A stretch of 63,965 nucleotides of DNA, filler included, from Squatina squatina (GCA_031763465.1; 4 parts of 4 records of this genome joined end to end with filler, not necessarily neighbours in it), one strand, 5' to 3'; positions 1-13,070 are shown, counted from the first letter of the whole stretch. Notes: generated by a model from the sequence alone, not told the origin. Numbers and translations: made by a program.

Positions 1-340
1 GATGAGACGTCAAACTGAATTTCCATCTTCCCTCCCAGATGGATGTCAAAGACCTTATGGAAATTTTGAAGAAGCAGGCGAGTTACCCCCAGTGTCCTGG
101 CCAATATTTATCATTCAACTAACATCACTAAAAAGATTATCTTGTCACTTATCTCATCGCTGTTTGTGGGAGCTTGCTGTACCCAAATTGGCTGCAGACT
201 TTCCTACGTTGTAATCGTTACTATACTTCAAAATTATTTAATTGGTTGTAAAGCTTTATGGTATGTCGTGAGGTAAACATTGCAAAAGTGACTGCTGTTC
301 AGAAGTACTTAATTGGCTGTGAAGTGCTAGATAAATGCTT
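1..340 (+). mobile_element. Deu-domain SINE (SacSINE1/AmnSINE-like), 3' half
   Basis: Contains tcctggccaatattta...gggagcttgctgtacccaaattggctgc...ataaatgc, collinear with the fuller copy at 47910-48490. Confidence 0.65.
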
Positions 341-437
341 CCTTCTTGTCCTCCTTCCCTCCCTGATGCTGTTTTGAAATGACTGATTTCTGGGTTTTGG
401 CTCGGATTAATGTTGAGAATTTGTGTTCAATTTTTAG

Positions 438-641
438 ATTCTGACATGGTCTCTTTTGACGGGAACAGTTCTCTGAGCTACCGATTCTGGAGGAGGAGTA
501 CTCGCACGCTCTTTGACTCCATCTCATTCAACTTCAAAACCATGGCCAAGGACGGGCTTCTCTTACACAGCGAGGGCGGAGAGGGCGATTATATCACTGT
601 GGAGCTGCAGGGAGCTAAACTGCTGTTTCACATTAATTTAG
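438..641 (+). CDS. CNTNAP1: Contactin-associated protein 1 internal exon (first laminin-G domain)
   Basis: Acceptor tttttag|A at 438, donor G|gtattt at 641, 204 bp. Encodes SDMVSFDGNSSLSYRF...FKTMAKDGLLLHSEGGEGDYITVELQGAKLLFHINLG, a Caspr LamG segment. KDGLLLH and neighbours PLEKHH3/TUBG1/RETREG3 favour CNTNAP1 over CNTNAP2-5. Confidence 0.8.
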
Positions 642-762
642 GTATTTAATCTCGGGAACTGCACCATGTAAGGAGACTCCTCACTGGAGTCAGTGACTTC
701 GACAAAGACCAGGTTTCACTCATTAAAGCCAGACAAGCCTTGCAGAGAGAGGCCAACCAAAC

Positions 763-836
763 ACACTGCTAATTACAGACCCGATTACTGGACCTCAGGA
801 ACACTGCTAATTACAGACCCGATTACAGGATCCCAA
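763..836. repeat. Tandem duplication, 38-bp period, two copies
   Basis: acactgctaattacagacccgattac occurs at 763 and again at 801. Confidence 0.85.
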
Positions 837-977
837 GTACAGTAGCATAGTGGTTATTTTACTGGACTCATAATCCANNNNNNNNNNNNNNNNNNNNNNN
901 NNNNNNNNNNNNNNNNNNNNNNNNNNNNNNNNNNNNNNNNNNNNNNNNNNNNNNNNNNNNNNNNNNNNNNNNNNNNN

Positions 978-1604
978 CCAACCTCTCATCGAGCTGCAGT
1001 ATTCAGATGATGCTTGCGTGTGTCCACTCTGAGGCGGAGCTCCAATCCATCGGCAATTTATTCACTGAAAGAATGGGCCTCACACTGAACATCCGCAAGA
1101 CAAAGGTCCTACACCAGCCTGCCCCAACCGCACAACACCAGCCCCCGAATATCAAAATCCACGGCGAGCTCCTGGACAATGTGGATCACTTTCCATACCT
1201 TGGGAGCTTCCTCTCAACGAGGGCAGACATAGATGATGAAATCCAACACCGCCTTCAGTGTGACAGCACAGCCTTTGGCCGCTTGAGGAAGAGAGTGTTT
1301 GAAGACAAAAGCCTCAAACCCAACACCAAGCTCATGGTCTACAGGGCAGCAGTGATACCCGTCCTCCTGTATGCATCGGAGACGTGGTCAATCTACAGCA
1401 GACACCTCAAAGCACTGGAGAAATACCACCAACGCTGCCTCCACAAAACCCTGCAAATCAACTGGCAGGATAAATGCACTAACTTCAGCGTCCTCTCTCA
1501 GGCCAACATCCCCAGCATCGAGGCACTGGTCACACTCAACCAGCTGCGATAGGCGAGTCACATCGTCCACATGCCTGATTCAAGACTCCCGCAACAAGCA
1601 CTCT
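978..1604 (+). mobile_element. RTE-clade LINE fragment (C-terminal part of reverse transcriptase)
   Basis: LQYSDDAC (YADD-like motif, offset by a frameshift) followed by GLTLNIRKTKVL...LDNVDHFPYLGS...DEIQHRL...AFGRLRKRVF...KLMVYRAAVIPVLLYASETW, typical of RTE/BovB-type ORFs. Confidence 0.85.
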
Positions 1605-1704
1605 NNNNNNNNNNNNNNNNNNNNNNNNNNNNNNNNNNNNNNNNNNNNNNNNNNNNNNNNNNNNNNNNNNNNNNNNNNNNNNNNNNNNNNNNNNNNNNNN
1701 NNNN

Positions 1705-3350
1705 ATAGTGATAAAGGAAAATATGCACCCACTAAAGATAGATACAGTCAAGACTAATGGACAATAAGGAAATGACAGACTTTTTTTTTTTAAGTTAATG
1801 GTGAAAATAACAAGACTTAAAATTGACAAATCTCCAGGACCTGATGGTTTCCACCACAGATTAAAAGAAAAGAAATGAAATAGGTGAAGAAACTGCAAAT
1901 GTGTTAGTCATAATATTCCAATGATATCTCTTTCAGGAATTGTGCCTTTGGATTGGAAAATTGCAAATGACACTCCCTTAGTTAAGAAGGGAAGGAGATA
2001 GAAGCCAGGTAATTACAGTCAGTTTAACATAAGTTATTGCTATGTTACTGGACCCCAACNNNNNNNNNNGGCTGAGCACTTGGACAAGTAGCAGCTGATC
2101 AGAGAGTCAGTATGGATGAAGGGTAGGTCTTGTCTAATTAACCTAGCCAATTTTTTGAGGAGGTCACTGGCATGGTAGACAGGGGAGTGGCTTTGGACAC
2201 TGTCAATATGGACTTCCAGAAGGTAAAATTCTGCATAAAAGAGATTAGCAAAAATTAAAACACACGGAATTAGAGTTAACCCAGCAATATGGGCTGGTTG
2301 GGAGGGAGGAGACAGAGTAGGGATAAAGAGAATGATTTGGTGGGATATGACAAGAGGTGTGCCCCAGGGATCTGTACTAGGGCCTCATTATATATATTAA
2401 TGACTTGAATGAAGCAACAGAGAGCTATATAATCAAAATTGCAGATGGTATAAGTTAGGAAGCATAAGAAGTTGTGAAGATGGGAGCAAGAAGTTACAGA
2501 CACAGACTAAGTGGGTGGGAAAGTTTGGCAGATGAAGTTCAACATAGGGAAATGCAAGGTCAACCACTTTGGATCAGAGAAAGACAAATCTGAATATTTT
2601 CTTAAAATGAAAGACAATGAGCTGTGGAAGACAAAAAGGAATGTAGGTGTCGATGTACTTAAAATCACTAAAAGCTAGCGCACAGGTACAAAATAATCAA
2701 GAAAGCTCATCAAATGTTGGCCTTTATCTCAAGGGGGTTGGAATACAAAAAGTGAGGAATTGATGCTTCAGTTGTACGGAGCATTGGTCAGAACCCATCT
2801 GAATAAGTGCATTCAGTTGTGGGCACTGAACACAAGGGAAGATATATTGGTCTTGAAGGGGTACAGTGCAGGTTCACCAGAATGATAACAGAGCTTCAAG
2901 GATAAATTATGAGGACAGGTTGCATAGTCTAGGCTTGTATTCCCTCAAGTATAGAAAGTTAAGGGGCGATCTAATTGAGGTGTTTAAGATGTTTAAATTA
3001 ACTGGTAGGGTAGATAGAGAGAGAAACAATTTCCTCTAGTGGAGGAGTCCAGGATAAGGGAGCATAAGCTTAAAATTAGAGCCAGGCCGTTTAGGGTTGA
3101 TGTCAGGAAGCATTTCCTTACACAAAGGGGAGTGGAAATCTGGAACTATTTCCCTTCCCTCCCTCCACCCAAAAAAAGCTATTGAGGCTGGAGGTCAATT
3201 GAAAATGTCAAAATAGAGATTGATATTTTTGTTAGGCAAAGGTATTAGGGAATATGGAACTAAGGTAGGTGGAGCTAGGATACAGACCAGCCATGATCTA
3301 GTTGAATGGCGGCACAGACTCGAAGGGCTGAATGGCCACCTCATGTCCAT
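1705..3350 (+). mobile_element. Degenerate CR1 LINE (ORF2 remnant through 3' end)
   Basis: Decayed motifs DKSPGPDG, DWKIAN.TPL.KKG and YMDFQK, with many stops and frameshifts; ends in cagccatgatcta.ttgaatggcgg...tcgaagggctgaatggcc. Confidence 0.85.
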
Positions 3351-3659
3351 ATGCAGAATATGAAGACCTGACAGATTGACCTGTGTGATCACTTATTCTA
3401 GTGTGTTACACTAAATTGAAATGAAAAGTGGCAATGTGCATTAAACTAGCAAGAGGCAGATTCACAAATACAACATTATAGCTTAAAGGTTTGGCCTCCA
3501 GTTGCAGACTTTTGGAGCACGACTCAGAAAAGGTGGCCTGGTGGTACTATACAAGGTTAATCTGAGCCAGAGGGGTAGCTCAAAATGGCCCACTCTTAGC
3601 CAACACCCATTGGAGAGCAGAACTGACAGGGACACAGGACGATGATACTGCAAAGAACC

Positions 3660-3960
3660 TGCGTCAGCCATGGCTCAGTGGGCAGCACTCACCTCAGAGA
3701 GGGTCGTGGAGTCAAGTCCCACTCCAGAGACTTGAGCATATAATCCAGACTGACACTCCCAGTGCAACACTGAGGGAAGGAATTTCAGAGCTTTAGGCCA
3801 AGGCAGTCAAAGGCACAGCCGCCAAAGGTGGACCGATGAAAATCAGGGCAAGAGAATCGAAGGAGCACAGAGATCTCGGAGGATTGTAAGGCTGGAGGAG
3901 GTTGCAGAGATAAAGAGGGGCGAGGCCATGGAAGGATTTGAACACTGGGATGAGAATTTA
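3660..3960. mobile_element. Deu-SINE tRNA-like 5' head (+ strand, 3660-3777) fused to an L2-like 3' fragment (- strand)
   Basis: gtcagccatggctcagtgggcagcactc...tcaagtcccactccagagacttgagc matches the head of the 47910 copy; the following part resembles 12850-13070 and 61395-62220. Confidence 0.55.
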
Positions 3961-4497
3961 AAAAATCACGGTAGACTCAATGCAGCCCAGTAGCCATGTC
4001 TGCCCACCTCCCTTCACCCGTGATCTTCGGTAGGCCTGCTCCTGTCCTACAGGGTTCTGGGCCTTCACTCGTGGCCTGCACAGCAGCTGTGGGAAGTGGG
4101 ATTGGAATTCAGGGTTTGTCACGTTCCTNNNNNNNNNNNNNNNNNNNNNNNNNNNNNNNNNNNNNNNNNNNNNNNNNNNNNNNNNNNNNNNNNNNNNNNN
4201 NNNNNNNNNNNNNNNNNNNNNNNNNNNNCCAAATGCTCAGTCCGCACATGAGTGGGGGTCTCCGAACAGCAAGGGGGAGAATTCTGTTTGTGGCCAACAC
4301 TGTGCAAGACTGCACCTGACCAGTAACCTGTGAGGCTTTAGCACTACTGCTACCTGAAGCATCCATTACATTTACTAGTCCGACACATTTTATGATACAG
4401 GTACCAGTACAAAATGCTAGGTTGCGGGATTCAAAGGGACTGGCACAGAGTTATGGTAACAGCCTACTTATGCTGAATTTTTGCTCTTTTAATCTAG

Positions 4498-4795
4498 TCG
4501 AGAACACAAAAGGTTATACAACTCTCCAGGATGAAGCTGTCAAGGTCTTCAATTCACTGCAGCAACTAGAAACCGAACGAAATCCTATCCCACTTATCCA
4601 GGGTGTCCTGCAGACTTGCCTTGACCTGGAGCCTCTCCGGGACGAGATCTACTGTCAGCTGATTAAGCAGACAAGCAACCCTCCACATGCGGCAAATATG
4701 AGTGACCTACGGAATTGGCAGCTGCTCACCTGCATGAGCGTCACCTTCCTCCCCAGTACCACCGTTCTCAAATACCTCAGGTTCCACATCAAACG
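4498..4795 (+). CDS. PLEKHH3: MyTH4-domain exon of PLEKHH3 / myosin-X-like gene
   Basis: Acceptor aatctag|T, donor CG|gttag. Encodes GYTTLQDEAVKVFNSLQQLE...QGVLQTCLDLEPLRDEIYCQLIKQT...WQLLTCMS. The MyTH4 call is secure; PLEKHH3 orthology is inferred from its position between CNTNAP1 and TUBG1. Confidence 0.7.
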
Positions 4796-5233
4796 GTTAG
4801 AATGTCCAGAAATACAGTTGTCGTACAGTATGAATAACCACTGCTCGATGTTCCCAGCGCTCGATTCCCCAAGCTTGAATGTCCAGACACATAGGGTCAC
4901 AGAACAGAGCAAAATTTTTTAAGAGGTGTATTTAGTCTTTTTAGGATTCACATTTCTCAACTGTTCCTGGAAAAACATCCCACATTAATCAACATTATTA
5001 AAATAGTGACATTTGAAAGTGACCACATATCCCAAATGTTGAGAAAACACATTTGAAAGATGTTGGACACAAGATCTTTGCATAAAGCTGACACGGTTCA
5101 ATCAAACCCAGGATTCTGTCCCTGAAACAGTTCNNNNNNNNNNNNNNNNNNNNNNNNNNNNNNNNNNNNNNNNNNNNNNNNNNNNNNNNNNNNNNNNNNN
5201 NNNNNNNNNNNNNNNNNNNNNNNNNNNNNNNNN

Positions 5234-5460
5234 CAGCAAGTTGTTATGATCTGGAATGCACTGCCTGAAAGGGTGGTGGAAGCAGATTCAATAGCAACTT
5301 TCAAAAGAGAATTGGATCAATACTTGAAAAGGAAAAATTTGCAGGGCTATGGGAAAGAGCGGGGGAGTGGGACTAATTAGATAGCTCTTTCAAATAGCCA
5401 GCACATGCACAAAGGGCCGAATGACCTCCTGCGCGGAATAATTCGAGGATTCTATTCTAT
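5234..5460 (+). mobile_element. CR1 LINE 3' fragment
   Basis: tggaatgcactgcctgaaagggtggtggaagcag...aagggccgaatgacctcc, ending in a ttcta-type tail; similar to 9610-9800. Confidence 0.75.
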
Positions 5461-6099
5461 TTGCATGGCCAGATGCGAAACATCACCCACACAAACCTAC
5501 TCTCAGGGTGCAACATGTTAATGTTTTCACTCATTACTACTTTCCTTTTAAAATGTTGCAACTCTCTTACATGAACAAAAGGTGAAGGGCTCAAGGACTG
5601 TTGGTGACAGGACCAGTCTGGAACCATTTGGTTACTGTGCAGTTTTATTGTTAGATATAGGCACAGGTTAAACAATCTACAGGAAACAGCATGTACCAAA
5701 TCCTCTGGAACCAGGAAGTAACTCACTGCATCAACTTCCACAAGTCTGAAGCGTGTGTTCAACAGCACTGACTGTAGAGTTATCAGACCCATTGTTTAAA
5801 GCTGCTGGCAGCTTTGATTTTACACAGGGACTACCCTTCCATATTGTGTCTTAAACTCACTTTGTAATGGAAAAGCTGTTTTATTTAACTGTATACTGCA
5901 TGTTTCCATTCTCTTTCAATGTACATTTACTGCACTATACTGTACAGATGAATTTATGTGCAATATGTAAAAACTTTTGTCAGGATTAAAACAACTTATT
6001 TTAGTACTTGAAAATGGGCTGAATTAGATTTACTGGCTTATTCACGAATACATACCTTTAGTTAATCTTCAAGCCCCACACCAGATCCTTGAGGAGTCT

Positions 6100-6410
6100 A
6101 GGTTGCGACTACAGCGCAGAACTGAGGAAGTGCTGTATTGTTGAAATTGCTGTCCATTCAATGAAATATTAAACACGGTCCTGTTCCAGTGCTTCAGGCG
6201 GTTGTTGAAGGCCTGATAGCACTAATCAAAGAGCAGGACATTCCCTGCATCCTGGCCACTGTGCTTCCCTTCAGTGACCACTAAAATACAGATTAACTGG
6301 TCATTTATCCCATTGCTGTTTGTGGGTCAGCACTGTGCACATAATGACTGCTGTGTTTCCCTACAGTGGGTGCAAGAGATGTGTTAAGGCACTATATACT
6401 TCCTTTATAT
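6100..6410 (+). mobile_element. Old Deu-domain SINE copy
   Basis: Diverged but collinear with 48150-48490 (tcctggcc...ctggtcatttatcccattgctgtttgtggg...aaggcactatata). Confidence 0.5.
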
Positions 6411-7062
6411 GAAATCACACAGGTCTTTACTATCTCTACAACCCCAATCCCATCGCAAGTTATTTAACCAGTTCCTTTTTAAAGGTATGATGTGGTGCAT
6501 AACTTGTTTCCTAATGGTGAGGCTGTAATCTGGGAGTACACCAGCTAATCATTTCATTTCTCAAACACAAAAAACACAGGCCGGAAAAACGAAAGTCGCA
6601 GAATGTTGGATTGCAGAATGAACTAACCCAATGATCATTGTGTGAAAGGGCAAGGTGCAGTGCCAGAGTAAAGGACTGTCAGCCAACCAAAGCTCAGTGA
6701 TTTTATGAAGCATGGCTCGCCAGCCCTTTGAGTGCTCAAACGTCTGTGCTCCAATTAGATTCAAGGGACAAAAGACACTACAAGGAATTCATACTGGCGA
6801 ACTGTCCACTACCCAATTCTGACTACCAACCTCCATTAAATATTAATGATCAGTAAATAACTTTTTAAAGTTGATTTTTGCTCTTAACAAAAATCAAACG
6901 CTAGGCTAAATAATCAAGAAAGCATCATGTGATATTACTCTCTGAAATGCAACAGAATCCTAATAAAATCCAAATGAATGTGTATGTGTGGGCTGGGGGA
7001 AGGAGGGGACTTCTCAGAGCCAAGTGAGAGATGCACAAACTACAGTTCAATAGAAAAAGTCT

Positions 7063-7068
7063 TTTATT
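7063..7068 (-). promoter_or_regulatory. Candidate polyadenylation signal AATAAA, possibly for TUBG1
   Basis: tttatt on the + strand, with GU-rich sequence downstream on the - strand; lies 3' of the TUBG1 exon. Confidence 0.3.
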
Positions 7069-8855
7069 AAGATGTGTCAAATTGGGTAGCTTAATAATAC
7101 ACTCTACACCATGTACAGGCCCCTCCCTCAGCTATTCCAACACGCCCAATACGTAAAGAACAAGCTAAACACAACCGAAGTGGCGTTCCAATCATATTTA
7201 AAACTGTCTCAGTGTAAAGGGGTCACTGATGCAGACAACATTTTGAGACTGTACCTAGAAACCAAAGAAAGTGTAACCAAATCAAAACACAGGCCAATAG
7301 CATCAAACAGTGAGTTTAACTCGAGGTTCCTGGAGCCCTTTGCCAAACTGATAAGTGCTTCATGAAATGAACATCATGCTTTACTGGTGTTTTACTTTCC
7401 AAGTGAAGCAACATCCTCAGCTTCCCCGAGGGCAAGCATTCAAACATGGGGGCCGAGCTGACTGTACCTCATTTTCCCAGATGTTCTGGAGGGGAGGGGA
7501 CTTAGTGTCCTTGGCAAACTGAAAAAAAAAAATCCAATCCCAAATTTAAATAAAAGAGACAAAATGTTCATTAATATGAATTAAATTGTATATCTAGGAC
7601 TGGACTAAATCGGAGTGGGAAAGTGGGATCAAAAATAAAGATTCTTAGCCGACAGCGTCTCCACTGTTTTTAAACTAAAAATCCCACTAAGATTTAGAAG
7701 GTACAAACTTTTGTCAGATTTGTTTTTAAAAAAACAGCGCATGAAGTAAATGAAATTTTTCTTAACTGAACTGCCTGGGCAAGTCCTTTCAGGGTTATTT
7801 GAACACTGCCTCCATGACGTGCTGCCACATAACCCACTGTGTACATTAGACACTGACTCAGAGGTTGAACAGCTCATTGTGTACACTAAAACCTGACTCC
7901 ATGCTTATGCAATGTGCTGCTCACACCAGCACTGCAATCAAAACTGGAGAGGTGTACCAGATTGAACCACTCAACTGAATGAAATGTATTTATACAGTTA
8001 GAGCTATCTGACCAGTGCCAGAATCACCAGCTTTCACTCGCAGCTTTCCTCAGAACCTGTCCAGGGGTGGAGTGGGACAGTNNNNNNNNNNNNNNNNNNN
8101 NNNNNNNNNNNNNNNNNNNNNNNNNNNNNNNNNNNNNNNNNNNNNNNNNNNNNNNNNNNNNNNNNNNNNNNNNNNNNNNNNTCTTTATAGGTCATTTTCC
8201 TGTGAATTTCAATTGTTCATTTATGTCATTTAATGTTTTTTCGTGTTTTTTAACGAATAAGGGCACGCCCGTCAGTTTTCAATGCACAAAACACAACATT
8301 TTGGCCACTATAAAATTGGACCTTTTATAAAAGGAAGCCATTTCAAATTTGCTCACATGTCTGAGGCAAGTTTAGTGCTCACATAGCTGGTAAACATCAC
8401 ATTATCCTGCACCCTCAAGATGTGCTGATAATGGTCCAGGTACCTGCCACTTGGAAGTAGAATGGGATCTACTTCTTTCCTGAACCATTTTACCAGTGCC
8501 GCAATATAAAATGCTTATTTAGAGACATTATCATACTAGGACGTTAGCAATATTATACACACAGCAAAGCTGCCGTCATAGCAACAGGTTGCTCAAAGTA
8601 AATCACCAGCAGTTTCCACAGTTTGTACAATATTTGAATATTTAAAATTAGCACTATTAAAAACAAATATGGCATGACGTGATGTGCAATGTGGAATGGA
8701 CGTCCGAAATCCAGGTCAGGAAATGGAGGGCACTGTCCCTTTAAGATATGATGCACTTTCACAGTGGTTGCAATGACAAATCAATTAAATATTACTGTTA
8801 GATTAATAATAAACACTTGGCTAAACTGGAGTCTAATCACAAAGACACATTATCA

Positions 8856-9017
<162 letters not shown>

Positions 9018-9319
9018 CTATTAAAAGAAACCACATAGCAATGCTGTAAGGTCACATTGCAGCTATACAGCAATTCTGCAACTAAAGAGTGCTTCCAGCG
9101 GATCATTTTAACCCATCAAAAGTAGTGGCTAAGTGTACATTAAAGCGGCAGAGCTAATGACAGTGATTGTGTTGGGAAGCACGAACTGGAAGCCTCCACT
9201 CATCAGAACAAATGCACAAATATAACCGTAAAGGACCAGAAAAGATGGTGCGGTCATTTTGCTTGTTCCCAAAATAGCTACTGAATTAGATCTGCCTCCC
9301 TGTGCAGTCCGTTCCACAT

Positions 9320-9800
9320 GTCCACATTCTGGGCACCGCACTTTAGGAAGGATGTGAAAGTCTTGGAGAGAGTGAAGAAAAGATTTACGAGAATGATTCC
9401 AGGAATGAGGGACTTCAGTTATGTGGATAGACTGGAGAAGCTGGGGTTGTTCTCTAGTCTATCCATTTGGTAGAGGTGTTTATAATTATGAAAGTTTTTG
9501 ATGGAGTAAATAAAGAGAAACTGTTTACAATGACTGAAGGGTCGATAACGAGAAGACACAGATTTAAGGCGATTGGCAAAAGAACCAGAGGCGACATGAG
9601 GAAAGTCTTTGATGCAACGAGTGGTTAGGATTGGAATGCACTGCCTGATGGCAGCCTTCAAAAGGGAAGTGGGTAAACACACAGAAAAAAATTGCAGGGA
9701 TATGAAGAGCGAGTAGAGAGCGAGACTAACTGCAGTGCTCTTCGAAAGACTCGATAAGGGCGAATGACCTCCTTCTGCGCTGTACTGTTCTATGATTCTT
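9320..9800 (+). mobile_element. CR1 LINE 3' fragment
   Basis: Starts at FWAPHFRKDV..LERVKKRFTRMIPGMRDFSY..RLEKLGLFSL and ends in ttctatgattct. Confidence 0.85.
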
Positions 9801-9967
9801 GCAGGACATGACAACACACTTAATATAATTCTTAACCGTCTGCTCCAGCTGGGATATACTTATGCCTNNNNNNNNNNNNNNNNNNNNNNNNNNNNNNNNN
9901 NNNNNNNNNNNNNNNNNNNNNNNNNNNNNNNNNNNNNNNNNNNNNNNNNNNNNNNNNNNNNNNNNNN

Positions 9968-10880
9968 GATCGATGATTTGGACACAGGGTTAGAGGGAAA
10001 GGCGTTGAAATTTGCAGATGATAAAATAGACGGTATAGTTAATTTATTTTAATTTTTTTTTTTATAAACAAACCCAAAGGAAACTGCTAGGAGATATTAA
10101 TAACTGGCGAAAGAGCTAAAATTGGAATTGAATGTCAGTAAGTATGAGGTGATGCATTTTGGTACAAAAATGACACCAATGATTATACTGTGAATGGGAG
10201 TAGGCTCGGTGCTGGGGGGGAAAGCAGAGGAATTTAGGGGGACAGGTTCACAGGAAATTAAAATCTAATAAAATTATAAATTTCCTATCAAGTGATATAG
10301 AATATAAAAGCCAAGAGGTAATGATAGTCCAATATAAAACCTTGGTCTCAGTTAGAGTTGTGTATGCAGTATTTGGCTCCACACTATAGTTAGGATACTG
10401 AGACTTTAGAGAGGGTACAATGCAGATTCATCAGGATGCTGCCTGGTCGGAGGAAATACAAATAGGAAGAAAGACTTTTTCCATTCGAAAAATGCAGATT
10501 ATAGAGCAATAAAATAAAGTGTTTCAAATTATGTAAGATTGGGACAGGGTAGATAGAGGCAGACCGATTCCGGTGGTTGGGGGTCTAGAATGATGGGCCA
10601 CAGAGACAAGATTAAGTCTAAGAGATTTAGAACAGAGGGCAGGAGAAATTTCCTCACACAGAGAGTTGAGGCTGTGGAATTCACTTCCAGGGTTAGTGGC
10701 AGAGGCAGAAACTGTGTTAACATTCAGGATTAGATTGGAGAGGGGGATGCAGAAAAAAAGGGGATAAAGGGATATGGGAACGGGGTGGGTAAATCTGATT
10801 GGAATTATTTGCTCATATGCAGGCTAAACACTGAATTGGACTGGTTAGGCTGAATGGCCTGTTTCTGTGTTGTAATTTGT
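9968..10880 (+). mobile_element. Old CR1 LINE fragment
   Basis: IDDLDTGLEG..LKFADD motif, decayed ORF2 end and ggctgaatggcctgtttctgtg 3' end. Confidence 0.8.
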
Positions 10881-10903
10881 GTGTAAGTTTTGTTACCATT
10901 TTA

Positions 10904-11083
<180 letters not shown>

Positions 11084-11229
11084 CTAAACAAACATATATT
11101 AAACTTAATGAATGGTGAGAGAGTTAGGTGCAGTAAGAGTGATTTTGTAAATATACAAGGATTCCAACTAATGGAGGGAAAATTGTTCTGGTCCATGTAA
11201 TGGCTTTTTGTACATACTTTCTTTAAAGT

Positions 11230-11495
11230 TTTTCGAGATGTTGGTAACATGGGCAAGGCCGATTTATTGCCAATGCCCAGTTTTCTGAGCTGAACGGCTT
11301 GCTAGAGAGCATCAAGAGTCAATCAGTGTGGGACTGGAGCTACTTGTGAACCAGTGAGGTTTTTACAACAAGCAGTTATTTTGTTTTGCTGCTTTTCCAC
11401 AAGTTACCAGATTTATTAAACACAATTTCCCATGTAGTGACTTGAACTTAAAACCTCCAGGTTGCTAGTCCAATGTCATAACCACTACACTAGCA
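11230..11495 (-). mobile_element. tRNA-head SINE of a second family
   Basis: The - strand begins gtagtggttatgacattggactagcaacc...agttcaagtc. The same family is seen at 838-877 (+) and 30190-30430 (-). Confidence 0.45.
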
Positions 11496-11637
11496 TACCC
11501 AATGTGGAACTACCAATGTGTTTTTGATAACATAGAANNNNNNNNNNNNNNNNNNNNNNNNNNNNNNNNNNNNNNNNNNNNNNNNNNNNNNNNNNNNNNN
11601 NNNNNNNNNNNNNNNNNNNNNNNNNNNNNNNNNNNNN

Positions 11638-11802
11638 AATAGTACCATGGGATCTTTTACATTCACCTGAGAGGAAAGATGCCACCTCTGACAGGGCAGC
11701 ACTCCCTTAGTACTGCACTGAAGAGTTAGTCTAGTTTATGTGCTCAAGTCTCTGGAGTGGGACTTGAACTGGTCCGAGGCGAGAGTGTTACCACTGAGCC
11801 AG
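11638..11802 (-). mobile_element. Deu-SINE 5' part
   Basis: Reverse complement ggctcagtggtaacactctcgcctc...ttcaagtcccactccagagacttgagc...cagtgcagtactaagggagtgctg. Confidence 0.7.
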
Positions 11803-12406
11803 TGCATAGATTTATTTCATCAACATTAGCACCCATACTGCTAGGGGACCAAAAGTGATGCAGAGTGTAGCAGCTTCATAAATAGTGGGATATGGATCAA
11901 TCTAGACCCACTGTGAGGAATTAACATGATTCTGAGCTCATCCCTGATGTACCTGTTTTGCCAACTATCTGCGCTCTTCAATCAGGGCTTCTTCAGACTC
12001 CCGACCGAGGCCAGGTCGCAGTGTTTGCATTTCCATCAAATTCAGTCATTCTGCTGCTGTCTCTCTCTGAATGTCGCAGCCGCAGCAGTGACAGCATCTG
12101 GCATCATCCCAGGACATGGGCCAGTCGAATGCTTTTGGCAATGGTGCACCATTTGGAACATCTTTCTCCATTTTGGACTGGGCACTTAGCATCCCAGTTT
12201 GGAAAATGTAAAATTAAAGCTTTAAAATGCAGACTTTTTTTCTTGATTAAAACACTAAGCTTGCTAAATATGCAACCTCTTAATTTTCCCTTTTGATTTT
12301 ATTGTACAAAAAGACAAGAACCGATAACCAGATACGCTGGAGCCTCCTTATCTTTTTGTATTATTTATTCTCGGTTGACATTACCAATGCCGTATTTATT
12401 GTCCAT

Positions 12407-12677
12407 CTATGGTTGCCAACTCCAGTTGGATGCATTCCAGGAGGTTTCATCACATGACCTCTTGCCTCCAACCACCCTGCCCAGTCAACCAGCCTTTTTT
12501 TCGCCCCATCTCCAAAATGTTATAACAAATAAATGAAAATGTTCAAAGAAAATGAAGAAAAAACACAATTACTTTTTATGCCCCTCTGATTTTTCTCCAC
12601 AACAGTGTTCAGGAGATTAATCTTTAATTCCTTTAGACTCCAGGGCAGTCCTGAAGGATTCACAGTAGCAACTCTAC
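12407..12677. mobile_element. Possible old MITE with imperfect terminal inverted repeats
   Basis: tatggttgccaac at the left end versus gtagcaactcta at the right end. Confidence 0.3.
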
Positions 12678-12847
12678 CAATGAGCCGGGATCTTTAAGCC
12701 AGTTTGATCTTCAACGACTCGCTCTGCTGCCCAGCACATTGTGACCTAAGCTGCACAGTCTTGGTACTTGTAATTTTTTTTTTAAAGATTGTCCTCCTTT
12801 CGCAGTTTGCCTTTCCAATTTAATTGAAGTTACTCTGAGACCATTTT

Positions 12848-13070
12848 CAACAACAACTTGCATTTATATAGCACCTTTAATGTAGTAAAACGTCCCAAGG
12901 TGCTTCACAGGAGTGTCATCAAACAGAAATTTGACACTGGGCCACATAAGACAGATAACTAAAAGCTTGGGCAAAGAGGTAGGTTTTAAGGAGCCTCGTA
13001 AAGGAGGAGAGAGAGGTGGAGAGGCAGGGAGGGAATTCCGAAGCTTAGGCCTAGGCAGCTGAAGGCCTAG
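12848..13070 (-). mobile_element. L2-type LINE 3' end
   Basis: caacaacaacttgcatttatatagcaccttt... is the same 3' tail as the Deu-SINEs and matches 61395-61610. Confidence 0.6.

Noticed and set aside
763-836. Direct repeats (also 13785-13960) considered as a CRISPR-like array
   Set aside because: Head-to-tail duplications without unique spacers, in vertebrate DNA.
5457-5792. 111-aa minus-strand ORF, or a possible PLEKHH3 terminal exon
   Set aside because: No recognisable domain in any frame; the region looks like UTR or intron.
11926-12296. Exon-like GC-richer block with short ORFs between TUBG1 and RETREG3
   Set aside because: No tubulin similarity, stops in all - strand frames and weak splice signals.
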